DNA of 59,607 bases, filler included, from Sphacelaria rigidula (Eukaryota), in NCBI GenBank assembly GCA_964200075.2. It is 6 parts of 6 records of this genome, joined end to end, with 100 filler letters (N's around TTAATTAATTAA, not from the genome) between each part and the next. Parts side by side here need not be neighbours in the genome. Positions count along the whole stretch, not along the records: positions 9,953 to 19,804 come from CAXNAA020007632.1; positions 19,905 to 29,756 come from CAXNAA020007633.1; 4 more parts are not named here. The stretch is one strand, 5' to 3'. Below are positions 12,433 to 24,379 of this stretch, one piece after another. The notes under the pieces were generated by a model. It was not told the origin of the DNA. It did not search any database and saw only the letters and a list, made by a program, of their open reading frames with translations. How positions within the stretch are numbered: the stretch's first letter is position 1; each line of letters opens with the position of its first letter. Made by a program: the position numbers and the translations under genes.

Positions 12433-13570
12433 TTAACCCCTAGGCCGCGAGGGTAGTCTTCCTGGACCATGCATACTTTTTTCAAGTTAAATTGATGCCG
12501 ATTCCACACATGACCTACTCTCACTATCCGTTAGCTGGCTCTGCTCATAGTGCACTGTAATATGCTACAGTATGATGAGCATTTGAATATTGTGTTCACT
12601 TGACCCCTTGGCCGCGAGGGAAGTCAATGTAGATCATGCATACTTTTTCCAAGCGAAATTGATGCCAATTCAATAGATGACCTACTCTCTCCGTCGCAGG
12701 GTCAATCGGGATAGGATCAGAGTATTGGAATGAGTGTTATGGCCCAAGGGTTAAGGAGTCGGTAGGCATAAAAAAAAAACGCTTGTCCTTTTTGGAAACA
12801 TACTTCCCGAATCTTCGTTGGTACAGAATCGAGTAAAACCCCAGTTCTGGTGGCGGGTTGGACAGCAGCAGCGAAAACCTCACCTTTCCTGTGCTGCAGG
12901 AGGGAGTCATTTCGCACATCCATACTTCTTTACTGCATTCAAACAGCCGGCTACAGTACCACCACTTGAATACCGCGTTCACTTGACCGAGGGTAGTCCA
13001 TATGAATCACGTGTACTTCAAATGAACATCACTTGCTGGCCAACGGCAAGCAGTGGCAACCCAACGGTGGCATGAACATCAGTAACTGCCCAACGTCAAG
13101 CAATGAGTGACACCTCAGCGGTTGCAAGGCAGACATAACCCAACGGTCCGGCCCGCAGCGGTCCCCAACGACAAGTAGTGTGAACTATATAACCACCTGC
13201 CTACTGTCACTCCGAGCGACCAGTCAACCATGTGCTGAGATGAGATAGTTATGCACACTTCAGATAACCCTTTGACGACAAGCGAAGGTCATCTGTTGAA
13301 TCGGTACCGAAGTCATTAGAAAAAAAAACATGGACTAGGTGACCTACCCTTATTGTGAAGGTGTTAACCCTTCGACCGTGAACATAGGTCATCTGTTAAA
13401 TCAGCATCAACTTCACTTGAAAAGTGAGCGCATGACGAGACGACCTCCCCTCGCGGTCAAGGGGTCGACCCTCCGACAACGAGAGTAGGTCATCTGTTGA
13501 ATCGGCATCGATCACATCCGGAAAAAGCTTTCATGATTTTGATGGACTACCCTCGCGGTCTAAGGATTAA
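12433..13570. mobile_element. piggyBac-like non-autonomous element built from ~100-bp units
   Basis: TTAA|CCCCTAGGCCGCGAGGGTAGTC ... GACTACCCTCGCGGTCTAAGGA|TTAA; two unit copies on the left and three inverted tandem copies at ~13264-13570. Confidence 0.7.
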
Positions 13571-16500
13571 CGCCCCGCATGACCGAGGAAAAGGCGCGCG
13601 TAAAACTTGGGATCCCAGCCTCTGACATTCCGACCTCCCCTCGCGCTCATGGTGCTCCTGCTGGGCGGTCTGACGTTCTGATGTTTAGTCAACACATCAC
13701 AACACCACAATACCACCCTTGATCGAAAAAACCCTGCGTCGAGTCGGTAAGCGTTGGTGCGTAGGTTGCGAGGTGAGAGGCAGTCGGGAAGTCCTTCCTG
13801 TGCATGTTAGCTTGGGCTTTTCTGTATATACAGTACAGTCACCCCCAGGGTGGTCGATAGTGGTGGTGAACGGGTAGTAAGTCCCCCCACCCCTCCCGAT
13901 TCACCGTAAATAAAAATATACGCTATACAAGGTTCCCCTTCGGGAGGTTGATACCGCCTCCCGGGGATGACACAAGTCGAAAATATACCAGTGTTATTCC
14001 TTTTTCATATTATGGAGGCAATTGTGTCGGAGAATATGTACCTTTCAGGAGATACTCGTACTCTCACACTTCGCAGTTTCGAATGTCTCAGACCAAAAGT
14101 GGCGGGAAGAGCGGTGGACTCTCCCAGCATGAAGAGCTCGCTTCACGGGCGGTGTGCGGAGGTGGAAGAACACACCATCACGCACGAGACCCGTCACAGC
14201 ACACACCGCAAGTGATTGCTACTGAAATAAGGTCGCGTCCCAGTAGTACATGGCGAACTTGTGCAGGGTTCTCTAAATGCCGGCCCGACCCCGCGCGCAC
14301 GGATTTCAAACCACACTTGTATACAGCACAGTATAAATGTATAATATTGCTTGCTGTCTGTGTGCACCTGGTGTACAACCCCTCGCTCTGCCACATCTAG
14401 TACAGCGGTCGGTGTTGCAGCTAAGTGTGCATTTGCCCTAGGTGGCGCACGCAAAAGTAATAGGCCGCCTCTGCCACTATAATTCCTGCCTGTATCTCGA
14501 GCTGATGGTAACACAGCCGCTATGGCGCACAAGCCGGCAGTTACAATTCATGCCGCTTGGAGATCTCTACACTGTCTTCGTCATACTGCGCGCAGTTCCC
14601 ACTTTTGTACGAGTATTGTGCACGTCACAGAAGGCAATAGCTTCTATACTGTGCACAGTACATGATTTTTATTGTATACTGGCTGTAGAATGCTCTTGTC
14701 TAGGGTGTAATACATTTCCAGACATATCATATCAGGCGATGAGATCGTGAAATAATCGAATAATCCACAGCACATGGCCGAAGTGGGAGTGAGGTAATCA
14801 CCGAAATATTCGCGTGCAAAGCCTGTGCGGCCGTACTCTAAGATGTTGACGCTAGAAGAACACCAGTGTAACGGCCATTCCGGCTGCCGGCCCGTGCATG
14901 GCCGTCCCGGTAGTGATGAGACTGTCTGTACCGGGATGTCGCCCCGAGTGCCAGGTACGCCGGCAAGGGTCCGCAGCACTACCCACTGGTCGTGCGACAG
15001 AAGCTCAATCTTCGACTGTCGAGATTTTTGAAGCGGAAATATTCAGCTCCCAACCCTCACATACATAGCGGACCATAAACGATGCTCATTTGCTGGGTTT
15101 CTTCGAGCGTTCGTCCATAACTGGGCGAAGAGTGATGATCAGGCCGGCAGGATCCGTCGCAGCCTGCGTGATCAACTGTCACTGTACCCACTCTATCTAG
15201 CCGTCATCAGACAGCAGGGTGTTGAAAAAACAAAATGCCACGCACCGTGGGTATCCACCGTATCAATGCACAGCGGGCCATCAGCGACTTCCCCTGCTGC
15301 AGCTGTGACTGTGACCCCTTCCTCTAATACTAATCTACACATTCTTCAGTCTCCTTCACGACGGTTTTTTTGCGGATTGTTACGTTCGCATCTTTGGGGC
15401 ACATATTACGCAGATATGACTGTGTTAAAGGCTTCACGTCAAAACTAAATGATGAGGGATCTCAGATCATTCCACTTGTGTTTGCTGCTGACTAAGTCAT
15501 GGCAATGTCCAGCTATTTTCAACTGCTTTGCTCTCATGTTCTCGTGACATTCGCTGCATAACCACCGTCTTCGTGTTCCCAAATAATCGAGAACGCAGAG
15601 AATATCACGGTGAAAAAATACCCCGCCATGAGTGGGCTTTTGTGGCGCTTGTTTGAAGTTTTCCATGATCTTGGAAAGGTTTTTGTGGTTCGGGATCGAC
15701 ACCCCTCGAAAAAGAGCCAGTTTGGGCGACTTTCGAGGGCAAGAACACGCGCCACAGGTATCAGATGACACCCAAACCTGAACTGTAATGTACTGCTGAC
15801 CCTCCTTTGTGCACTGCAAAAGAAAGCGCGGGCTAAGATGCCTTGCAGCCAGAGAACACTCGGCAAAAGTGGTGGAAAATGCGAAACGATACATGAAGAT
15901 ATGGACGTCGGACACGAGAGCGTCCAGTGTGAGATGTTGTTCCGAAAATGATCATTTAAAATTTGGATGAAGTATTGAAAAAGCGGACGCAAGTGAAGTG
16001 ATTTGGGTTTAGGGTATCCAGCTGCAAGACATTTACGCTAATGATACATTCGATGCTTTCCGTCAACAAGCCTATGCAGCAACAGAAGGGGGATAGAAGC
16101 TGCTACTCCTGTTGTTGTGCCACTGTTGCTGCACTAGCGTGCTGCTGCTGCTCGTGGATATAGCACTTGCGAAGCATACCCCCCGAGGTACCACACCGCA
16201 TTCACGGCCCTTGTGAACAACACGACACAATCTTACGAGCATCAGCTGTAGTACAGTAGGCAGAGTCAGAAGTGCGCAGAATTCATTATGTAGTAGTTTC
16301 TCAAAGATTTTCCAAATTTGTTTCGCTTGCCACCACTCATCACAGTGACTGTTGGATGCCAAAAAATGGGCATCTGGCAACATGTTAATCCTCAAGACTA
16401 ACATTGAAAGAAGAAATATCTGCGATCAATATTGAGTGACTTACGGGCTCATCCGATCGTCGGGGGTCCTGCGAAAGTGCACCCGCATATTCTAGCTTTT

Positions 16501-16624
16501 CGGCATTTTCGGTGGACCGACTCGATCCCGATCATGAAAGTAAAGACTCAAAATGTTTTTTTGTTTAAATTCCCACCTATTCACTGCGCTAAAGCTGGAA
16601 AACTATGTTGTTTGGACCGTTCAC

Positions 16625-17110
16625 GGTCAAAAACATCCTCCTGATGAATGGGGTCTTTACTCCGTATCGCTCCCACAACACCAACTTGGGCACTGTGAAT
16701 TGAGCACCGTCTGCTCACTTTGCCAAAACTGTCGACGCTAGCACTTTCGAGTGCACATGGAAAATGTCATTCGAAAAGAAAACAAAAAAAAGGCCATCCT
16801 CAGAAAATGCTTGACTGAGGTCTATGCAGTATAGGAGGGGAACACGATGCCAATCGTTATCGTAAAGAACTGTGTACGTATCCATTTATCTGAATATTTT
16901 ACCGTTTTGTTGCCGAAGAGCCGGAAAACTGTTTTTATCGGACCAAAAATGGTCAACAACACCCTCCTGATAAACGGGGTATCAAGTCCGTATCGCCCCA
17001 CAAACACCAACTTCGACTCTGTAATTTGAGCGCCGCCTACACTTTCCCCCTAAATCTACCGGCGCTAGCACTTTCAAGTAGTATTGAAGGATAGTACTCA
17101 AGAAAAACTC
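16625..17110 (+). repeat. Diverged direct duplication (~165 bp, period ~325 bp)
   Basis: ggtcaa.aaca.cctcctgat.aa.ggggt...tccgtatcgc.cccacaa.caccaactt...gctagcactttc at ~16625 and ~16950. Confidence 0.65.
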
Positions 17111-19454
17111 GAGAACTAAAACAACCACGAATTCTAAAATGTCTGATGCTGACCACTATTGTGGCTGCCACACACCACAGCAACAGCAGGAAACGTTTCC
17201 CTGGCATGCTGCTAGTACCGCCAAGATGCTGCTGGTCCCCAACCCAAAAGTGCTGATGTTTTACCACGGGTATCTCTGCAACCAAGTAGAGGATTGGACT
17301 GTGGTTTTTTGCCTACGCTCGCCACACACTCAAACCAGGAAACCATACAGTAGCTTTCCTCGACACTTTCCACGAATGCTGCATCGAAGTAAAACGTACT
17401 CGAAAATAATGTTTTTACTACTCTGCGGCCTTGTTGTGTCCGCTGTGGCGTTATGAGCAATTTCAACCCTTTTGGAACCCTTCCCTCCTGTCCCCTGGCC
17501 AAACGCCTTAGTATGAGAAGCTCTAATGAAGAGGAAGACATGGAAACAGAATAGGCCAACGGCAACCATTTTTACGGTGGAAGCCCGAAGAAGAATGTCC
17601 TCCCTGGAGAATTTGGATAAGATCTGTTCAATCATACCACGCAACGGATGAAGTGTGTCCAATTATATCCATCGACAATAATTAGCAAAACCACTATGAA
17701 ACATTCCATTCAAAACATAGCAGTGGGCTCTAGGGTCCAACCTGGCACCTTTGTACATTAGCATTTGTACATGAGGGAAGCACCGCTTTGACGGGCTGCA
17801 GCATCGGTTGGCGAGTTTGCCAAGCCACACCGTACATACGGCATAATATGGCTGAACCCAGCGAAATCCCGTCACAACATGTTTAAGGCACAGTGGGTTG
17901 TGCGGGCGGTACATGGCGGGCGTAATCGCAGGCGTCCGAACAGGCGATATACATGTACACGGGAGGGAGCCAACGGGCACCGCCTACCGTAATCAGGCCA
18001 GATGAAAAACACTACAGTCAGTAAATACAGCAGGTTACAGTGTTGACTTGCGGTTACACTCCGTGCAAGATAAATATGGGCATGTCGTGAAAAGTCGGCC
18101 ACAAGAGTAGACGGCACGAGACGATAGCGGTAGCCGGCGTCATGAATCTCATGCAGCATGAAGTATGTCTGTGCAATGGTCGGGAACGATCAACCCGCGG
18201 TATAGATGTGGTGGGGCAGCTGTGCCTTTCGCTACGCCGTTGTGTAATAATAGTCAGCCCGAAGTATGATGTTGTCGACACGTACTTGGCAGAGCGCAGT
18301 CCTGTGCATGCCCCGCGTTTTACAGAGATATTATCAAAATACAATACAGACATGACACGAAGCAGTAAGGTATCACGCCTGGGGCGACGGCACTTGGCAG
18401 ACTCTACACCACAGTGACGGTGCATAACTGCAGGGCACATGGCGCCTGTGTCGCCTTTGCCCATTTTTCAAAGGACGGGATGGTGCTGTCGGAACGTGCA
18501 TGAGCGCGATGTTGTGTATGACGTGAGTCTCCAGTCGAGATTACCCCAAACTGCTGTAGGCACACCTAGTACTGTACAGGGCAGTGCCGCAGCACCCCCG
18601 GCGGCACGGAAAGGTTACTGCCTGGGATTGTAATACACCGCCAGTTCATAAATTCAGCGAATGTGCCATCGGCGTTGCCCTTGTTGCTATGACACGGCAA
18701 AGAGTATAAACTGCAGCGGGCAGGGCGTGCAGGTCAGGCGGAAAGCATGCTTCACAGAGGCCTGCCGCGCCATGTGGCCGGGGAAGGAGCTCATGAGCGT
18801 AAAAAAAAACGCGGACGGGTCGTAGCAAGAAAAGATGAAACTTTCTCTTGTTCCACATGTCACTCGCACGGGTCTGGAAAAAACGAGTTCGGCCAAAATT
18901 GTTGCGTCTAAGCTGTGAACCATCAACCATATCTTGCTCAAAAACCGTCAATTGCAAATGATCAATTTTCCATTGTAACTTCCAAAAGGGTTACGCTGTG
19001 GTTCCCCATCTTTTGTCTGTGTGCGGTGGGCGATAAAGTGCCGCAGCCCGACGTGCTTCTTGTGTCGAGAAAAACGCGACAGAAGTGCTGCACTGCGGCG
19101 CGAAGCGTGTCCTTTTCGAAACAGCTGATGACCTTCATATTCCTCCGCTTTTTTTCTCTTATTTTTCTTGCATGTTTTTGTCTTGTCCTTATGGCCCTCA
19201 TTCTCCCCCATGACTGTAGTATTGTGGGGTAGCTTGCCCGAAACCATGTTGGATCTCAACCTGACGTTTAATACGTGACTTCAGGCGATATTTTGGAATG
19301 CTTTGGTCCTCACAAGTTGGAAAATGTACGCTCAGATTTCAGGCTAGAGGGTTCACACAGTGCAGTTTTGGATCCCCCAGGCGGTAACGGTAGACTTCGG
19401 CCTCGCTCAACCCAAGATCATTTCTCATCATTCCCGGAACTAACATGGTGACAG

Positions 19455-19682
19455 GGGTGCTGGGGACCGGAGCATTTTCTGTGGTCAAGCTGGCCACCCG
19501 AATCGATGGGACAAAGTCAGCTGTAAAGGTGGTGGATAGGCGCAAGATTAGCAAAGGCGATTTGGAAAACCTGCGAGGAGAAGCGAGGCTGCTAGGCCAG
19601 CTGAACCACCCGAACATTGTGAAACTACACGGCTGGTTTGAGGAAGAAAACACGCTGTATATGGCGCTGGAGCTTTGCGAAG
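19455..19682 (+). CDS. Internal exon of a CaMK-group Ser/Thr kinase (subdomains I-V); gene cut by the spacer
   Basis: LGTGAFSVVK (Gly loop), AVKVV (catalytic Lys), E of helix C, LNHPNIVKLH, LYMALELCE; cag| acceptor and G|GTATGC donor. Confidence 0.9.
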
Positions 19683-19804
19683 GTATGCATCCAATACAGG
19701 GGGCGTTGCGAGGGTGTCTTACACTCGTTAGGTGATGGAAACCAAGGTTTCACGGTTAGGACAAATCATCACGACTCAAAATCACCAAATTCACGATTTC
19801 TTCT

Positions 19805-19904
19805 NNNNNNNNNNNNNNNNNNNNNNNNNNNNNNNNNNNNNNNNNNNNTTAATTAATTAANNNNNNNNNNNNNNNNNNNNNNNNNNNNNNNNNNNNNNNN
19901 NNNN
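19805..19904. other. Artificial spacer
   Basis: Same N44-TTAATTAATTAA-N44 design. Confidence 0.97.
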
Positions 19905-19937
19905 CCCCCCCCCCCCCCCCCCCCCCCTCTCCCCCTC

Positions 19938-20014
19938 CTCCGTCTCGAAAGGGATGCATGGTCAATGGTCACACGACTAAGGCAATCAACGAATAAGTAC
20001 GCTCCCCCCCCCCC
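19938..20014 (+). mobile_element. Poly(C)-tailed LINE 3' stub
   Basis: ctccgtctcgaaagggatgc.tggtcaatggtc...gtacgc-poly(C); C tracts on both sides. Confidence 0.8.
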
Positions 20015-20910
20015 TCCCCTCCCCGGCGCACACACTGTGTGGTCGCGCTTCCTACCCTTGCATGCGCTCGTCCGATGCGGCGCTACTTCGCCATACTACC
20101 TGCAGTATTGCGGAGGGAAGGGCTCGGCGAGGCATATGGGCCTTCACTTGGCGAGCGAGCGAGTTTGATGTACCTGGTACAATAAAGCCGATAATCGTCG
20201 CCGACATCGTACAAGCTGCAGTCCCAACATATGCTGTACCCGACGTGCGATCGCACAGCCCAGTCTCAACTGCCATCATTTTTTACCTGATTTTTCCTGC
20301 TTGACTGATCATTTTCGCTCGCTATGCATAACGCGTGCATCGTGGCCACTTGTGAAAAGGTGATGGGACCTCGACGGAAACTCGTGGGGATTTTATTTTG
20401 GGGTCCGATCCATATCACTGCCTCCCGTTTACGCGCCCTTTCTTACGGTCTTGGACGAGAAGAGGTGTTACAGGTTACCGTTTTCGCTGGCTAGCGGTGA
20501 GGATAGTTGTGCACATCCCTTTACATGCCTCATGCGTGTGTTGCGTTGCCAAGCTAACAATCTCCACATGAGACTTCCCCGTGATGTTGTGATCTCGCTT
20601 GCTGTTTACCCACCAGTGGCTGTCTCTCACCTGTTTGTTACCCACTAGACTTGAGAGGATCCTTTCCATTCGTCGCTGTGGCGAGAGCTGAACTTGGAGA
20701 ATTTTATTCCTATCGTCTCGTTGGGAGCCGGGAGCCAAACCCAGGACCTTGTGCTGATGAAGTATTCAGGTCATCTATTTCATGGTGTCGCCAATGTGAA
20801 AAGCTTAAGTGTCCTCAACGGAAACTTGTTGGGAATTTTCCCTTCAATGTGGCACTATCCACACGCTGGTGCATGTATATGTATATACATATATACATAC
20901 ATATGCGTGG

Positions 20911-21003
20911 TACTTCTGCGGAAACACGAATAGTTGCGCGAAGCACCGCTAGGATATGTACCACACGCCTTGCGGAAGCTGTCCTAGCCACATTCGCGGT
21001 GGT
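20911..21003 (+). pseudogene. Decayed WSC-domain exon fragment
   Basis: YFCGNTNSCAKHR*DMYHTPCGSCPSHIRGG aligns colinearly with the last exon of the lyase gene (CFCGNADDDFSKHGEAICQMPCSGNADHTCGG); in-frame stop, lost Cys, no clean acceptor. Confidence 0.55.
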
Positions 21004-24000
21004 TCGCGTCGTTATACATGTGGGTACATGGTGTGCGGAAGCTCACATTGCTGCTACAAGCATGCCTGCTGCAAAACAATCGAGGGAGAAAATACTTGTG
21101 TCATTCCACAAAGTTTATCGAGCCACCAAAAAAGTAGTTACTCTCCCTCGCAGCTACATCCTGCTCGTAACTTCAAAATATTGATACGCGCACTTGGCAT
21201 AAATATAATGGTCTACTTCTACCATGATATTCTAGCTCGGGGTATGTCCCCGGCAAGCAAAGTGAATTTCCGCGTCTCCTCTCACGCCCAGACACGTGCA
21301 GTGAGTAAGTCCACTTGACTCTCTTCAGTTCGACGTCATTGTGTGCCGTAATGACTTCACGAACATGTGCTTGTTACGATTGAAGCGTTTTTTCCGAGGA
21401 TAAGCGGTACACGCCCTCGTAGGCGTCTCCGCTCACCCCGAAATCGATTAGATCAGATACCGGAATCTTAGGATGTAGATGCACCAGCGGGAGGACTGGT
21501 CGAATCCGTGATGTCAACATGTCAGCCATTTACCGGGGCAGATATTGGTTGAGTCCTTGGCACTACGGGCTTGCCCCCAGGAAGGTGAGGGAGCGACATA
21601 ACATATATCGTCATCTGGTTGAGAATACAAACATCGATGCTCGCCTGAAATCACCGCGGCGAATAAATCAGACTGTCGTTCGGGCCTGTACCACAAACAC
21701 TACATATATATATATATATATATATGTACAGTTTTCCCTAGATGTAGCTCGTCGACAAAAGCACTAGGCGTGGACGGAGACGGGGCAACTCCCCCTTTCC
21801 GGCCCACCAATCTCTCCCTCACTCGACGCCATACTTCGATCACGTTTGATCGAGGAGATGATGTGTGAAAGGCACGACATAGATTTTCGTCCCCGTCAAA
21901 CGCGCATGCATTGTATAGACTCAGCACCAGCAGCACTATAGCGACAATTATTATACCGATGGCGGAGCTGACACTTGCGTCTCTTTAAAAACCTACGTAT
22001 TCAAGACTAACTATTCCGTGCGTAGCCACGAAAACGACGCATATTTCGACCGTGAGAACCCGTAGCCAAAGGCACCGAAGACGTAGGGGTGGTGATGAAG
22101 AGATGGACAATTTTCTCCGGCTACGTTTCTCGAACAGGGATAATCTCACGGAGGGTCACATCTTTGTCGCGTTGAGGTGGTTTGGGATCGAGTTTTAGAC
22201 CGGAAAGGAGTGCTGGCGGAATGTAATGGCATATTTGTTTTTGCTTGTGGGACACCCGGGATCCCGAGGTCACAAGAAAGCTAGCATGGGACGATAGCGG
22301 CCGGTGGGGTAGTCAGTCAGTGGGCTGGCGAATCCACGTCGTGTTAATCGCCACGCCAAGTGCCTTTCCTTGCCCTTTACCGACAAATTACTACTCGAGG
22401 AGGCATACGTCAGGGTATGACTCGGAATCGAGTTTGAGTAGCGCGCCGATTTTATGCAAGCATCGCTCATGTTTTCTATATGCTTCGTACACTAGGCAGT
22501 CTCGATCGGTTGGATTCTGATAATGGCAGGAACTCCCGAATTCCGATTTCAAGCTTTTGGGTGCATGGATGGGGCGACAGCTAGCTCACGGCGTGCTGTT
22601 TACCCTCAGCAAAGGTATAGAGTGCCGTAGCACGGAGTGTGTGGTCGTTGATTTCCACCTGTGCTGCAATCGAGCCCCCCTAACCCCCCCAATAAAACAT
22701 GACAAGGAAGTTCCTTCCAACCTCGCGGTTATAAAAAAGCCTGGAACTAGCGTCTTCCATTGGTCAAGGGGGAGAAAAGGTGGCGTGTGGCTTGGTTGAT
22801 GTGGGGATATCGTGCGCGCTGTCAGGAGGATGATGGTTTGATCCCAGCGTTGTATGTCTTGTTCGATATCGGGATCCACGCGATGGTTGTACCGCGCAAG
22901 AGCGAGCGATAGACGTTTTTTCAAAAGGAATCGAGCTCAATCTCGGAATATCATAATCTAGCTTGCTCTGAGAACATGCAGCGAATTGTATTTTGGGATG
23001 TTGTTTTGACACAGCTTTTGAGAAACGGGCAGACGCTTCCTGATTATTCCATGCGGGCTTACTGCACGGTATCGATACGACCTACCGCACACCCCTCGTG
23101 CAACTAGCACAACCTTCAGAAATACAACCTACATTTCATATCATCTACTCATCCAATCCTGATTCGCTTACTATAAAGCAAATACTTCCTTCCTCGCGAT
23201 ATAGAAAACGCATGCACACGGTCATCAATCGACCTCACCCGTGTTCAAACCATCTGCGGTATATTATAGTACAAACAAAGACATCCTTGCCAGAGCATAT
23301 TGAATAATACAGAATACAAATACACACCCCAGCCGCTCGACCACCGGACAGATATGACAGGTCAACACACGCCGTACCCACGCAACAAGAAATACGCTCC
23401 CCTGCGGGCGAATACTGATTCAGACATACACCTGCTGCATCTCATCCAAATGATGACGATCACGCCAGACACACAAGTAACAAAGATACCACCATTCAAC
23501 TGAAAAAATCGTTCGTGAACGCACTAAAATACTACTGGTGGCAGGCATGTCGCCGTGCAGGTATCAAGAACTATACACCAAAAGTGGGGTTGATCCGTTG
23601 GTAGCGGCTCTGCCGGCTACACGCATTATTCACAAGTCCTTCCTGCCCCCCTCGTTGAAGACCAGGATCATCCGGTGGCGTGAGACCTAAAAACTTGATG
23701 TGGTGCAATACACGTCTGCTTGTTGCTTCACTCTGCGAAGGCTTCCAGGATCTATGTACCAACTATTTACATGTTTAGGCCAGCCCAGACAACACAGACA
23801 GGTGGTACTGTAGACACCACCCGTACTTCCCTCGTGCTCGCACAAATGCTCGGTGGGCGTCGGTATGTAACTGTCGCCACTGTCTGCTGCCCATGTCCGA
23901 GTACGTGAACACCGACCGCTACGAAGAAACGGGTAGGTAGGGTAATGGGGGTTGTGGTGTGTAACAGCTTGAAATACAACATGTATGTAATAAGTGGACT

Positions 24001-24379
24001 CAAGTTCGACCGAAAGATGAAAGGCAACCGAGCAAGCGATGTACGCACATAGCGAACAAGTGGATGGCGATCGAACAAGAATTGTATGCACGTAGTCATT
24101 AAGTAGATGAGAAGCAGGGCATGCTACTCCACGAGGCACTCAAGAAGCAGCGCAATCGATCGACGGCGCGGCGTGGCTCATGCCTCTTTCTGGAACACAA
24201 GAATTGTCAGGCGGACAATGATGGTATGTAGCTTGAATCGGACAAAAAAAAGTTGACATCTTCATCCCCATCCGCCTTTCCACTTCAGCGAATCTTGTAT
24301 CTGATTCCAGTGTATTCAGTCCTCCAAGCGCACGATCGCCGATGATTGTGCATTCGTGTCGCCTTCGTCGTCAGGTGGT

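Noticed and set aside
17330-17662. ORF with a hydrophobic segment suggesting a type II membrane protein
   Set aside because: No family motif and no supporting exon chain.
21745-21868. Possible last exon of the kinase gene (…TRRHTSITFDRGDDV*)
   Set aside because: Lies in a different segment from the kinase exon and has no diagnostic motif.
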